47,343 nucleotides of DNA from an uncultured Candidatus Saccharibacteria bacterium. GTDB taxonomy: Bacteria; Patescibacteriota; Minisyncoccia; UBA6257; 2-01-FULL-56-20. Below, piece after piece: positions 1 to 10,304 of the stretch. The notes beneath the pieces are model-generated. The model searched no databases, had not been told where the DNA came from, and saw nothing but the letters and a program-made list of their open reading frames with translations. Each line of letters starts with the position of its first letter. Positions within the stretch are counted from its first letter, which is position 1. Made by a program: the position numbers and the translations under genes. The stretch lies in contig CAYJWW010000004.1 in NCBI GenBank assembly GCA_964374065.1, forward strand, positions 1-47,343. Direction: 5' to 3'.

Positions 1-71
1 GCTCTCGGAGGGATTCGAACCCCCAATAACTGCTTCGAAGGCAGTCGTGATATCCATTTCACCACGAGGGC
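1..71 (-). tRNA. tRNA-Arg (anticodon TCG), 3' end cut by window edge
   Basis: Reverse complement gives GCCCTCG-TG-GTGAAATGGATATCAC-G-ACTGC-CTTCGAA-GCAGT-TATTG-GGGGTTCGAATCCCTC-CGAGAGC. Cloverleaf has a GTTCGAATC T-loop and anticodon loop CTTCGAA, so anticodon TCG. There is one C·A mismatch in the acceptor stem. Confidence 0.75.
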
Positions 72-160
72 ATATTCGGGAGGAGCATATCATGGCGCGG
101 AGGCCATTTCCATTATACGGCTTTCCTGCGGCCTGAATTCATGTAGAATAGAGAGCGCAT

Positions 161-808
161 ATGGAAACCGCAATCCTCATCACGTTCCAGCTCGTCATCC
201 TCATATTTTCCGTCGTGATCCACGAGATTGCGCACGGGTATATGGCAGAGCGATTAGGCGATCCCACCGCGCGGCTTGCCGGCCGGCTGACGCTGAATCC
301 CGTAAAGCACTTGGATTTCTTCGGTTCATTCTTGTTTCCGGTCCTCTTAATCCTTTTTCGCTCGCCGGTCCTTTTGGGCTGGGCGAAACCGGTTCCCTAT
401 AATCCATTCCAGCTTACAAAAGACATGCGGTACGGATCCCTTAAAGTTGCGCTCGCCGGTCCCGCTTCGAATATTTTTTTGTTTCTTGTCTTTGGCCTGC
501 TTGCCAGGTTCTCGGTCGGAACCGTAAATCCTTTCGCGATCGCATTCTTTGCGATGATCGCCTACTTGAATATCTCGCTCGCGGTTTTGAATCTCGTGCC
601 GATCCCGCCGCTCGACGGGTCGCGCATCCTTACCGTGCTTCTCCCGCCGCGATATGCGCTTGCGCTGGAACGGGTCTCGATGAACGGCATTTTTTTGGTG
701 CTCATTTTCCTTTTCTTGTTCTCGCCGATCCTCTCGCGCATCATTTCGTTCGGATTTGCGAGCGTCGCGGGGGCCACGGTAAGCCGGCTCATGAGCGCGG
801 CATTTTAA
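161..808 (+). CDS. site-2 protease family zinc metalloprotease (peptidase M50-like), integral membrane
   Basis: 215-aa ORF with an HEIAH (HExxH) motif inside a hydrophobic helix and multiple TM segments. Typical of the small RseP/SpoIVFB-like M50 family. Confidence 0.75.
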   Translation: METAILITFQLVILIFSVVIHEIAHGYMAERLGDPTARLAGRLTLNPVKHLDFFGSFLFPVLLILFRSPVLLGWAKPVPYNPFQLTKDMRYGSLKVALAGPASNIFLFLVFGLLARFSVGTVNPFAIAFFAMIAYLNISLAVLNLVPIPPLDGSRILTVLLPPRYALALERVSMNGIFLVLIFLFLFSPILSRIISFGFASVAGATVSRLMSAAF

Positions 809-836
809 CCGGCGCCCCCCCGAGAAGAAGGAGGGA

Positions 837-866
837 TTGACACTCCATCCCGAAATCCCATAAAAT
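837..866 (+). promoter_or_regulatory. sigma70-like promoter upstream of rpsL (TTGACA-18-TAAAAT)
   Basis: TTGACA at 837-842, an 18-nt spacer, TAAAAT at 861-866. AAGGAG at 881-886 precedes the rpsL start. Confidence 0.5.
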
Positions 867-901
867 AAGGGCGTCTCCGCAAGGAGTTTTTTCTTCGCTT
901 G

Positions 902-1312
902 ATGCCCACAATCCATCAACTCGTAAAGAAGGGCAGGTCGCGCGTTAAGGCGAAAACCAAGTCGCCGGCTTTGTCATACTACTTCAATACGCTGAAGAAC
1001 CGGCCGGTCGACTCATCGTCTCCATTTAAGAGAGGGGTATGCCTCAAAGTTTTCACGACGACCCCCAAGAAGCCGAACTCCGCACTCCGCAAGGTGTGTC
1101 GTGTCCGTCTTACGAACGGGATGGAAGTGACCGCCTACATTCCCGGCGAAGGGCATAAGCTTCAGGAGCACTCAATCGTCATTATCCGCGGCGGCAGGGT
1201 GAGGGATTTGCCCGGAGTCCGCTATCATGTGGTACGCGGGGTTCTTGATGCGACGGGAGTCGAGAACCGAAAGCAACAGCGCTCCAAGTACGGAGCGAAA
1301 CGACCCAAATAA
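902..1312 (+). CDS. rpsL: 30S ribosomal protein S12
   Basis: [12 protein letters not shown]...[19 protein letters not shown]...[17 protein letters not shown] is a classic S12 sequence. The track ORF begins one codon earlier at TTG (899). Confidence 0.95.
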   Translation: MPTIHQLVKKGRSRVKAKTKSPALSYYFNTLKNRPVDSSSPFKRGVCLKVFTTTPKKPNSALRKVCRVRLTNGMEVTAYIPGEGHKLQEHSIVIIRGGRVRDLPGVRYHVVRGVLDATGVENRKQQRSKYGAKRPK

Positions 1313-1357
1313 TCGCTACAAAATACAAACATGCGCGGATATACGATAACGAGCCGC

Positions 1358-1393
1358 ATTCATTCGTACATTCGTAAGTATTCGTAATTCGTA
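1358..1393 (+). repeat. four tandem copies of ATTCGTA in the rpsL–rpsG spacer, ending 9 nt before the rpsG ATG
   Basis: ATTCGTA at 1362-1368, 1370-1376, 1380-1386 and 1387-1393. A partial ATTC lies at 1358-1361. Confidence 0.8.
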
Positions 1394-1402
1394 GAGAAAA
1401 TC

Positions 1403-1870
1403 ATGCGTAAGAAACGAGTCTATCGGAAATTCCACAGGCCCGACGGCCGCCACGGGCGCGTCGATCTCGGCAGGTTCATCAACTACGTGATGCGCGACGG
1501 GAAGAAATCGACCGCGGAGCGGGTCGTGTACGACGCGTTCGCCCTGATCGAAAAAGAAACCAAGCAGGACCCTCTTTCGGTCTTCGAGAAGGCGATGGCG
1601 AACGTTTCCCCGATGCTCGAGGTGAGTTCGCGCCGCATCGGAGGGGCGAATTACCAGGTCCCCCGCGAAGTGCGTCCCGAGCGTAAGTTCATTTTAAGCG
1701 TGCGATGGATCATTCAGGCCGCGCGTTCGAGAAAGGGAAAGCCGATGGCGCAACGGCTCGCCGCGGAGCTTGTCGCCGCATCCAAGAATGAAGGAGCCGC
1801 GATAAAGAAGAAGCAGGATACCCACAAGATGGCCGAGTCGAACCGGGCATTCGCGCATTTCGCGAGGTAG
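1403..1870 (+). CDS. rpsG: 30S ribosomal protein S7
   Basis: 155 aa. MRKKRVYRKF...DGKKSTAERVVYDAF...GGANYQVP motifs are S7. Standard position after rpsL. Confidence 0.95.
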   Translation: MRKKRVYRKFHRPDGRHGRVDLGRFINYVMRDGKKSTAERVVYDAFALIEKETKQDPLSVFEKAMANVSPMLEVSSRRIGGANYQVPREVRPERKFILSVRWIIQAARSRKGKPMAQRLAAELVAASKNEGAAIKKKQDTHKMAESNRAFAHFAR

Positions 1871-1990
1871 CAAAGTTCGCACGCACCACACTCCAAGCAC
1901 CAAATCACAAACAAATCCCGATCATCAAAATTCCAAAAAGTTTGGTCATTGGAATTTAGAGCTTGTTTGTCATTTGTAATTCTATCGTTT

Positions 1991-4096
1991 ATGCCGCGTC
2001 AGTACCCCATCGAAAAGGTCAGGAATATCGGCATCATCGCCCATATCGATGCCGGCAAAACGACCGTGTCCGAGCGGGTGCTTTTTTATACCGGCGTTTC
2101 GCACAAGATCGGCGAGGTGCACGAAGGGAATACGGTGATGGATTGGATGGAGCAGGAACGCGAGCGAGGCATTACGATCACCTCCGCCGCAACGACCGCG
2201 TTCTGGATCCCGACGTACCATAACGGCAATAAGGAGCACGAGTACCGCATTAATCTGATCGACACCCCCGGGCACATCGACTTCACCGTCGAGGTGAAGC
2301 GTTCGCTTCGGGTTTTGGACGGAGCGGTCGTGGTATTCGACGGCGTTGCCGGCGTCGAACCGCAATCGGAGACGAATTGGCGCTATGCCGACGAATACCG
2401 CGTTCCCCGCATTTGTTTTATCAACAAGCTCGATCGCATGGGCGCGAGTTTTGAAAAGAGTTTGGCCTCCATTCATGAGCGGCTTACGCCTCGGGCGTTC
2501 CCGCTCCAGATTCCCATCGGCATCGAAGGCGGCTTTAGCGGGATGGTTGACCTCCTCACGGAGACGGCATACGGATCCCTCGGTGAACACGGGGAACAGA
2601 TCACCCTGAGCGCGGTCCCGGACGGGCTGAAGGACGAGGCCGCAAAGCGGCGCCATGCCCTCGTCGAAGCGATCGCGGAAACAGACGATGCGCTCATGGC
2701 CGAGTATCTGGAGGGCAAGACGCTCGCGCTCGACGCCCTGCGGCGCGCGCTTCGCAAGGCGACCATAGAGAACAAAATAGTTCCGGTGCTCTGCGGCTCG
2801 GCGCTGAAGAACAAGGGAGTCCAGTTCGTGCTCGATGCGGTAATTGATTACCTTCCGTCGCCGCTCGACGTGCCCGCGGTCAAAGGCATCGACCCGAAGA
2901 CCGGGGAAGAGGTGTTGCGGCGGGTGGCTGACGGGGAAAAGTTTTCAGGGCTGGCATTCAAAGTCGCGGCGGACCCTTATGTGGGCACCCTTACGTATTT
3001 CCGCAATTATTCCGGGGTCTTAAGGCGCGGATCGTATATATTGAATGCCACGAAGGGCACACAGGAGCGCATCGGCCGGGTGGTGCGGATGCACGCGAAC
3101 CAGCGCGAAGAGGTTGATGAAGTATACGCCGGAGAGATCGCGGCGATTGTGGGACTGAAGGACACGACGACCGGAGACACGCTTGCGGATCCGGACGCGC
3201 CGCTTATTTTGGAAAAGATCATCTTCCCCGAGCCCGTGATCGGCGTCCGGATCGAACCGAAGACGAAAGCGGACCAGGAAAAAATGGGGGTCGCCTTGCG
3301 GCGGCTCGCCGAAGAGGACCCGACGTTCCGCGTCGGGGGGAACGCGGAGACAGGGGAGACGATCATTCAGGGAATGGGCGAGCTCCATCTGGAGATCATC
3401 GTCGATCGGATGAAACGCGAGTTCAATGTGGAGGCGAATGTGGGCCGGCCGCAGGTCGCGTATAAGGAAACGGTCACCGCCGAATCCGATGGGGAAGGGA
3501 AATACATCCGCCAATCCGGCGGACGCGGACAGTACGGCCACGCAAAAATATCCGTGAAGCCGCTTGACCGCGGAGCGGGATTCGAGTTTGTCGACGCAAT
3601 TAAGGGAGGCATCATTCCCCAAGAGTTCATTCCCGCGATCGAGAAGGGAGTGAAAGAAGCGATTGACAAGGGGGTGGTTGCCGGCTACCCCATGGTGGAC
3701 GTAGAGGTGTCGCTCTATGACGGTTCCTTCCATGAGGTCGACTCCTCGGAAGCGGCGTTCAAGATCGCCGGGTCGATCGCGTTCCAGGATGCCGCCAAAA
3801 AGGCGAAGCCGGTCATCCTCGAGCCCATTATGAAGGTGCAGGCGCTCGCTCCGCTGGATTTCATGGGCGAGGTGACCGGCGATCTTAATTCTCGCCGCGG
3901 CAAGATAGAGGCCCTGGAGGATCGTCCCGGGATCAAGGTGATCGACGCCTCCGTCCCGCTTTCCGAGATGTTCGGCTACGCAACTCAGCTCCGCTCCATG
4001 ACGCAGGGGAGGGGCAGTTTCACGATGGAGTTCAGCCGGTACGAACCGGTTCCAAAAAACGTCGAGCAGTTGATAATAGAAGGCAAGAAGCGATAG
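1991..4096 (+). CDS. fusA: elongation factor G
   Basis: 701 aa from the internal ATG at 1991. The sequence [25 protein letters not shown] followed by [12 protein letters not shown] and later domains is canonical EF-G. The track ORF starts 14 codons upstream, which is not conserved. Confidence 0.95.
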   Translation: MPRQYPIEKVRNIGIIAHIDAGKTTVSERVLFYTGVSHKIGEVHEGNTVMDWMEQERERGITITSAATTAFWIPTYHNGNKEHEYRINLIDTPGHIDFTVEVKRSLRVLDGAVVVFDGVAGVEPQSETNWRYADEYRVPRICFINKLDRMGASFEKSLASIHERLTPRAFPLQIPIGIEGGFSGMVDLLTETAYGSLGEHGEQITLSAVPDGLKDEAAKRRHALVEAIAETDDALMAEYLEGKTLALDALRRALRKATIENKIVPVLCGSALKNKGVQFVLDAVIDYLPSPLDVPAVKGIDPKTGEEVLRRVADGEKFSGLAFKVAADPYVGTLTYFRNYSGVLRRGSYILNATKGTQERIGRVVRMHANQREEVDEVYAGEIAAIVGLKDTTTGDTLADPDAPLILEKIIFPEPVIGVRIEPKTKADQEKMGVALRRLAEEDPTFRVGGNAETGETIIQGMGELHLEIIVDRMKREFNVEANVGRPQVAYKETVTAESDGEGKYIRQSGGRGQYGHAKISVKPLDRGAGFEFVDAIKGGIIPQEFIPAIEKGVKEAIDKGVVAGYPMVDVEVSLYDGSFHEVDSSEAAFKIAGSIAFQDAAKKAKPVILEPIMKVQALAPLDFMGEVTGDLNSRRGKIEALEDRPGIKVIDASVPLSEMFGYATQLRSMTQGRGSFTMEFSRYEPVPKNVEQLIIEGKKR

Positions 4097-4120
4097 AAGC
4101 GGCCCGTTGCGCACGCAGGA

Positions 4121-4148
4121 TTGACAATCTCCCGTCCGTCGGTACAAT
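4121..4148 (+). promoter_or_regulatory. sigma70-like promoter in the fusA–tuf spacer (TTGACA-16-TACAAT)
   Basis: TTGACA at 4121-4126 and TACAAT at 4143-4148, 25 nt after the fusA stop. A TTGAGG/CCTCAA hairpin at 4215-4236 lies in the tuf leader. Confidence 0.5.
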
Positions 4149-4271
4149 TCGGAATTGCCCAACCAATAATCATACAAACAGGTCGAAACTCAATTACGCG
4201 TTTCGCTGTAAGCTTTGAGGAGGGGTGAAACCTCAAGGCTCGAAGCGAAACGCAAAAACGCAAAGAAAAAC

Positions 4272-5471
<1,200 letters not shown>

Positions 5472-5511
5472 TCAGAATCTTAAAGAGCACTCCACAGCCC
5501 CGCACCTTCCC

Positions 5512-5847
5512 ATGACCGCCAAAAAGAAAGAAGCAGAGACCGTCCAGAAGCTGCGCCTGCGTTTGCGCGCATACGATCACAAGCTCATCGACACCTCCGC
5601 CCGCCAGATCATCGAGACGGCGGAGCGGAACGATGCGAAGATCGTGGGGCCTATCCCGCTTCCCACCGAAATCAAGCGGTATACGGTGAATCGTTCTCCG
5701 TTCGTGCATAAGGATTCACGGGAGCAGTTCGAGCTGCGGGTTCATAAGCGGCTGATCGACATCATGAATCCGAGCCAAAAGATCATCGAGTCCTTAAGCA
5801 GCTTGAATCTTCCCGCAGGCGTTGATATTGAGATCAGGATCGTATAG
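5512..5847 (+). CDS. rpsJ: 30S ribosomal protein S10
   Basis: 111 aa. ...[22 protein letters not shown]...[21 protein letters not shown] is S10. Confidence 0.95.
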   Translation: MTAKKKEAETVQKLRLRLRAYDHKLIDTSARQIIETAERNDAKIVGPIPLPTEIKRYTVNRSPFVHKDSREQFELRVHKRLIDIMNPSQKIIESLSSLNLPAGVDIEIRIV

Positions 5848-5861
5848 GGAGCCCGCAAGAT

Positions 5862-5880
5862 CCCCGGAAACGGGGGTTTT
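5862..5880 (+). terminator. intrinsic terminator after rpsJ (CCCCG-GAAA-CGGGG + TTTT)
   Basis: 5-bp GC stem with a GNRA tetraloop, immediately followed by TTTTGCGTTT. Sits 15 nt after the rpsJ stop. Confidence 0.6.
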
Positions 5881-5899
5881 GCGTTTCGGCGGGTTTTGT

Positions 5900-5928
5900 T
5901 TGACAGGGCATGCGTTTTCGCCTAAGAT
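5900..5928 (+). promoter_or_regulatory. sigma70-like promoter for the rplC-led operon (TTGACA-17-TAAGAT)
   Basis: TTGACA at 5900-5905, a 17-nt spacer, TAAGAT at 5923-5928. Confidence 0.45.
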
Positions 5929-5993
5929 ACGGCTGTCGCTTTAATGGACGCTCACGCTTTCATATAGGGCGTTTCCACAAGGACGGACCGGAT

Positions 5994-6026
5994 CGCCCGG
6001 GCTGAGCCTTGGGCGGTTTTATTTTT
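5994..6026 (+). promoter_or_regulatory. GC hairpin plus U-tract in the rplC leader, ending 3 nt before the ATG (attenuator-like)
   Basis: CGCCC(5994-5998)...GGGCG(6011-6015) with an internal GGC/GCC stem, then GTTTTATTTTT. The rplC ATG is at 6030. Confidence 0.4.
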
Positions 6027-6029
6027 CAC

Positions 6030-6572
6030 ATGCCAGGCGCACTCGCCCGAAAAGTCAAAATGAGCCAGATCTGGGAAGGCAATGTGGTCCACCCGGTCAC
6101 GGTGCTTCGCGTTCCCGAAAACAAAGTTGTTTTGGTGCGCACGAAAGATCGCGACGGCTACGAAGCGGTGCAGATCGCGGCGCTGAAGACGAAGAGAGAG
6201 TTCCGCGGGGCATCTGGCGCAAAGCCGGGGGATACGGTGGATATCGCTCTTTTTAAGAGCGGAGATCGCGTGCGGGTGAGCGGCATTGCGAAGGGGAGAG
6301 GATTCCAAGGAGTCGTAAAGCGGCACGGATTCGGCGGAGGGCCCAAGACACACGGGCAAAAGAATCGTCTTCGCGCACCGGGCTCCATCGGCAGTACGGC
6401 GCCGCAGCGGGTTCACCCCGGCAGAAAAATGGCCGGGCGAATGGGAGGAAATCGAGTGACAGTGAAGAATCTCATCATCGTGAAAGTCGATCCGGAAACG
6501 CGAGAGCTTTTTGTGCGGGGGGCGGTTCCGGGACCGCGCGGTTCGCTGCTCGAAGTCGTAACGCAATCGTAA
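6030..6572 (+). CDS. rplC: 50S ribosomal protein L3
   Basis: MPGALARKVKMSQIWEG aligns to the L3 N-terminus (M.GL.GKK.GMTRIF). A GGGPKTHGQ-like motif is present. The track ORF starts 7 codons upstream. Confidence 0.93.
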   Translation: MPGALARKVKMSQIWEGNVVHPVTVLRVPENKVVLVRTKDRDGYEAVQIAALKTKREFRGASGAKPGDTVDIALFKSGDRVRVSGIAKGRGFQGVVKRHGFGGGPKTHGQKNRLRAPGSIGSTAPQRVHPGRKMAGRMGGNRVTVKNLIIVKVDPETRELFVRGAVPGPRGSLLEVVTQS

Positions 6573-6579
6573 ACAACAC

Positions 6580-7215
6580 ATGAAGGCAGCGCTCCAGAAT
6601 TGGAAAGGAGAAACAACCGGCGAGATCGAAATCCCGAAGGAGGTGTTCGGGGCGCCTTGGAGGCCCGCGCTCGTGCAGCAGGCGCTTTTGGCGCAGCTCG
6701 CGAATCGGAGAGACCCGATCGCGCACGCAAAGACGAGAGGAGAAGTCCGAGGCGGCGGCAAGAAGCCGTGGCGGCAAAAAGGCACCGGCCGAGCCCGCCA
6801 CGGTTCCATACGTTCGCCGCTCTGGGTGGGCGGCGGGAAGGCGCACGGGCCGAGCTCCCTGCGGGACTACGGGCAGAAACTCAACAAAAAAATGAGGTAC
6901 CGCGCGCTCACCTCAATCCTTTCAAAAAAGTTCGGGGAAGGACAGGTCCGTATTTTCGATACCCTGGAAACGGATTCGTGGAAAACAAAGCAGCTATGGC
7001 ATTCGCTCCATGCCGCATTAAAGACGGAGAAGGGCCGGAAAAGGATGGACGTGCTTCTCGTGCCTCGGGCGGAAAGCAAGAATTTGTTTCGGGCAGGGGC
7101 GAATTTGGAAAAAACTAAAGTACTTTCTCCGGAATCGCTGAATGTATACGATCTTTTGAATCATCGGTATGTGTGCATCGACCAGCGATCAATCCCCGCA
7201 CTGATTCGAAAATGA
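6580..7215 (+). CDS. rplD: 50S ribosomal protein L4
   Basis: 211 aa. ...GGGKKPWRQKGTGRARHGS...LWVGGGKAHGP is L4. Confidence 0.95.
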   Translation: MKAALQNWKGETTGEIEIPKEVFGAPWRPALVQQALLAQLANRRDPIAHAKTRGEVRGGGKKPWRQKGTGRARHGSIRSPLWVGGGKAHGPSSLRDYGQKLNKKMRYRALTSILSKKFGEGQVRIFDTLETDSWKTKQLWHSLHAALKTEKGRKRMDVLLVPRAESKNLFRAGANLEKTKVLSPESLNVYDLLNHRYVCIDQRSIPALIRK

Positions 7216-7487
7216 ACGACCCTCTCCTCATTACGCGACCCCATATAACCGAAAAATCCGGAGATTTGAACGCTCGCGGCAAATATGTATTTATGGTCAA
7301 ACTCTACGCGACAAAACCCGAGGTGAAAAAAGCCGTTAAGGATGTGTACGGCGTCGATGCGGTTTCAGTCCGTATTATCAGAACTCCGGGAAAGACCAAG
7401 CGCTTCCGGGGATTGCCGCACCGTACGGGCGGTTTGAAGAAGGCCATTGTGACGCTCAAGGAAGGACAGAAGATCGACCTGCGATGA
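7212..7487 (+). CDS. rplW: 50S ribosomal protein L23
   Basis: MNDPLLITRPHITEKS...YVFMV...KPEVKKAVKDVYGV is L23. ATGA overlap with the rplD stop. Confidence 0.9.
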   Translation: MNDPLLITRPHITEKSGDLNARGKYVFMVKLYATKPEVKKAVKDVYGVDAVSVRIIRTPGKTKRFRGLPHRTGGLKKAIVTLKEGQKIDLR

Positions 7488-8311
7488 CCATGAAATCATT
7501 TTCACCGACAAGTCCGGGCCGCCGGCAAATGCAGATCGTACGGTACGGTCTCTTGAGCAAGGTGCGGCCGCATAAGGCGCTCACCACGCGCCTTAAAACG
7601 CACGCGGGCAGAAACTCGGCGGGACGCATAACCGTGCGGCATCAGGGGGGCGGGAACAAGAAGCTCTATCGGCTCGTGGATTTCAAAATGAATCGCATCG
7701 GGGAAAAAGCGGTCGTCGAGACCATCGAATACGATCCATACCGCACCGCGTTCATCGCAAAGGTCAAATATTCTGATGGCGAACGGCGTTATATCCTGGC
7801 GCCCCATACCGTGCAGGTCGGTCGCGAGATAACGATCAACGACTCGGCTCCGCTTCAGCCGGGGAACAGGATGAGGATTAAGAACGTCCCGGTAGGGTAT
7901 CAGGTTCATAACGTCGAACTCTTCCCGATGAAGGGAGGCCAGCTTGGCCGGGGGGCGGGCGCCTCGCTCGAGGTGCTTGCGCATGCCGACGGACACAGCG
8001 ATTTAAAGCTCCGGTCGGGAGAAGTGCGTCGCGTACCCTGGGATTCGTTCGCGTCCGTCGGACAAGTATCGAATCCCGAGCACGGGCTAACCGTCTCCGG
8101 TAAGGCCGGGCGTTCCCGCTGGCTTGGCATTCGGCCCACTGTTCGCGGATCGGTGATGAACCCCGTCGATCATCCGTACGGTGGCGGCGAAGGGCGAACT
8201 CAACGCGGGACTCGGCGGCCAAAGACGCTTTGGGGGAAGGTGACCGGCGGAAGGAGAACGAGAAAGAAAGGGAAGTGGTCGAATCGATTGATCGTAAAGC
8301 GGAAGAAATAA
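7484..8311 (+). CDS. rplB: 50S ribosomal protein L2
   Basis: 275 aa with L2 motifs (GRNSAGRITVRHQGGG...; VMNPVDHPYGGGEGR). Confidence 0.95.
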   Translation: MTMKSFSPTSPGRRQMQIVRYGLLSKVRPHKALTTRLKTHAGRNSAGRITVRHQGGGNKKLYRLVDFKMNRIGEKAVVETIEYDPYRTAFIAKVKYSDGERRYILAPHTVQVGREITINDSAPLQPGNRMRIKNVPVGYQVHNVELFPMKGGQLGRGAGASLEVLAHADGHSDLKLRSGEVRRVPWDSFASVGQVSNPEHGLTVSGKAGRSRWLGIRPTVRGSVMNPVDHPYGGGEGRTQRGTRRPKTLWGKVTGGRRTRKKGKWSNRLIVKRKK

Positions 8312-8312
8312 C

Positions 8313-8627
8313 ATGTCCCGATCATCAAAGAAGGGTCCCTATGTAGACCCGAATATCCTGGAAAAGATATCAAAACGGAAGCCCGAAGACGGGGCGATTA
8401 AGACCTGGTCGCGCGCTTCCGAGATCGCACCGGAAATGGTGGGCTTCAGGTTCAGCATCCACAACGGGAAAAGCTTCATTGAGGTCAAGGTCACCGAAGA
8501 AATGGTCGGTCACCGGTTCGGGGAATTCGCTCCGACGAGGAAGTTCACGCGACACGGAGGCAAGATGCAGCGCGAAATCGAGCAGAAGCCCGCGGCGGGA
8601 CCGACGCCCGCTGCGGCAAATAAATAA
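8313..8627 (+). CDS. rpsS: 30S ribosomal protein S19
   Basis: MSRSSKKGPYVD...HNGKSFIEVKVTEEMVGHRFGEFAPTRKF is S19. Confidence 0.95.
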   Translation: MSRSSKKGPYVDPNILEKISKRKPEDGAIKTWSRASEIAPEMVGFRFSIHNGKSFIEVKVTEEMVGHRFGEFAPTRKFTRHGGKMQREIEQKPAAGPTPAAANK

Positions 8628-8628
8628 C

Positions 8629-9129
8629 ATGAAACAAGTTGCACGACTGCGATATTTGCGAATAGCTCCCCGAAAAGTGCGAAGCGTGGCGCGGCTCCTT
8701 GTCGGTCTCGGAGCGAACGAGGCCGAGGCGCAGCTACTTCACGTTCGGAGGCGAGCCGCCCAGCCGCTGCTCAAGCTTTTGCGCTCCGCGGTCGCGGGCG
8801 CCAAAGCAACGAAGCGGCTTGAGGCCGAGACGCTCTATATCCAGAACATCCGCGTTGACCAAGGCCCGATGCTGAAGCGCGCTCTGCCTCGCGCCAGGGG
8901 TATGGCTACGCCTATCCAGAAAAAGACCAGCCACGTCACGGTGGTTCTGGACGAACGAACCGGCGCCGTTCCGCGGTTCAAGATAGTGGTTCCCAAGAAG
9001 GTGAAGCTCCCGCCGGAATCCAAAGCGAAGCAGAAAAAGCCCAAAGCGGAACGCGCCCCGAAGGATGCGGGCCGGGAACGCGCACAGAAGGGTTTCTGGA
9101 GAAAAATGTTCCGGAGGAAATCGGTGTAA
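8629..9129 (+). CDS. rplV: 50S ribosomal protein L22 with a ~45-aa Lys/Arg-rich C-terminal extension
   Basis: Internal ATG at 8629 gives MKQVARLRYLRIAPRKVRSVARLL (the L22 N-terminus). The track ORF upstream part is S19-overlap noise. The C-terminal tail is KKVKLPPESKAKQKKPKAERAPK... Confidence 0.9.
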   Translation: MKQVARLRYLRIAPRKVRSVARLLVGLGANEAEAQLLHVRRRAAQPLLKLLRSAVAGAKATKRLEAETLYIQNIRVDQGPMLKRALPRARGMATPIQKKTSHVTVVLDERTGAVPRFKIVVPKKVKLPPESKAKQKKPKAERAPKDAGRERAQKGFWRKMFRRKSV

Positions 9130-9138
9130 TATAACATC

Positions 9139-9873
9139 ATGGGACAGAAAATCAATCCAATCTCATTGCGGATCCATATCGTGAAGCCGTGGACCGCGCG
9201 GTGGTTCTTCGCGCGCCAAGGAGCCGTGCTTCGGGCCGGGAAATATCCGTACGCGAAATTTCTCGAAGAAGACGAAACGATCCGGAGGATCATCCGGAAA
9301 AAAATTCTTCAAGCGGGTATCGCCGGGATTGATATTGAGCGCACCTCGAACAATCTTAAAATAATAGTCAAAGCGGCCCGGCCGGGATTTGTGATCGGAC
9401 AGGGCGGAAAAGGGATCGAAGAGCTCACGAAGATGATCGAGAAAGGCGTCCGCGCGTTGCGGGAGAAGAAGCCTTCCGGAAAAGGGTCCCATATCAGCGT
9501 GAACGTGGAGGAGCTGAAGCGCTCGGAAATATCCGCCCCGTATGTCGCCCAACAGATCGCGTGGGACTTCGAGCGGAGGCTGCCGTTCCGTCGGGTGATC
9601 AAGAAGCACCTTGAACAGATAGTTCAAAACAGAGAGGCGAAAGGAGGAAAGATCACCGTTGCGGGGAGGCTCGGCGGTGCGGAAATTGCCCGGCACGAAA
9701 CGCTTCACCAGGGCCCGATGCCGCTCCAAACGCTGCGGGCGAACATTGATTATGGGTACGCAACGGCCTTTACGACCTACGGAACGATAGGCGTAAAAGT
9801 CTGGATTTATAAGGGACAGGTATTCGCATCGCGGAACGGGCGCGATAAGAGGGATGACAAGAAAACGCAATAG
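9139..9873 (+). CDS. rpsC: 30S ribosomal protein S3
   Basis: MGQKINPISLRIHIVKPW... contains KH and S3-C domains. Confidence 0.95.
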   Translation: MGQKINPISLRIHIVKPWTARWFFARQGAVLRAGKYPYAKFLEEDETIRRIIRKKILQAGIAGIDIERTSNNLKIIVKAARPGFVIGQGGKGIEELTKMIEKGVRALREKKPSGKGSHISVNVEELKRSEISAPYVAQQIAWDFERRLPFRRVIKKHLEQIVQNREAKGGKITVAGRLGGAEIARHETLHQGPMPLQTLRANIDYGYATAFTTYGTIGVKVWIYKGQVFASRNGRDKRDDKKTQ

Positions 9874-9884
9874 GACTTTTATCC

Positions 9885-10298
9885 ATGCTTATCCCAAAAA
9901 AAGTAAAACACAGGAAGTGGCAAAAGGGGCGTTCGCGGAACCGGATGGTTGAAACACGCGGCCTCTCGTTGAGCTACGGGAAATTCGGACTCAAGGCCAT
10001 TGAGCCCGCTCGCTTGAACTCGCGCCAGATCGAATCGGCTCGCCGGACCATTACGAATTTCATTAAACGGGAAGGCAGGCTCTGGATCCGCGTGTTCCCC
10101 GATAAGCCGATTACGAAGCGGCCGCCCGAGACCACCATGGGGGGAGGGAAAGGGAGCGTCGATCATTATGTATTTCCCGTTCGCCCGGGGAGGATCATCT
10201 TCGAGCTTGACGCCGCGGATGCGGCAACTGCGCGCCGAGCGCTCACGCTCGCAGGATATAAGCTTCCATGCAAGACGAAAGTGATAGAAGAAGAATAG
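9885..10298 (+). CDS. rplP: 50S ribosomal protein L16
   Basis: MLIPKKVKHRKWQKGR...PDKPITKRPPETTMGGGKG is L16. Confidence 0.95.
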   Translation: MLIPKKVKHRKWQKGRSRNRMVETRGLSLSYGKFGLKAIEPARLNSRQIESARRTITNFIKREGRLWIRVFPDKPITKRPPETTMGGGKGSVDHYVFPVRPGRIIFELDAADAATARRALTLAGYKLPCKTKVIEEE

Positions 10299-10304
10299 CG
10301 TACG

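Noticed and set aside
347-919. Long antisense ORFs across the window (e.g. 347-919 -, 1982-2656 -, 3020-4177 -, 23164-24024 -, 32536-34149 -, 45858-46979 +, 45994-46725 +)
   Set aside because: They overlap, on the opposite strand or in other frames, genes with unambiguous conserved products (S12, EF-G, aldolase, LeuRS, the repeat protein). Their translations are Arg/Pro/Gly-rich low-complexity sequences typical of random open frames in 60% GC DNA. They have no motifs and no RBS context.
1949-1990. N-terminal extensions of track ORFs (fusA 1949, tuf 4215, rplC 6009, rplV 8479, rpsQ 10486, rplN 10728, rplE 11425, rplF 12499, tktN 18872, pfkB 21914, fba 22936, NTP-transferase 30722, htrA 36834, etc.)
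   Set aside because: In every case a downstream ATG aligns exactly with the conserved N-terminus of the protein family. It often forms an ATGA stop/start overlap with the upstream gene. The upstream extension is just the read-through of the preceding gene in another frame.
1871-1990. CA-rich low-complexity rpsG–fusA spacer with small hairpins (AATTCCA…TGGAATT)
   Set aside because: The stems are short and AT-rich, with no clear terminator or promoter geometry. It is likely just a spacer, and there is not enough signal to call a feature.
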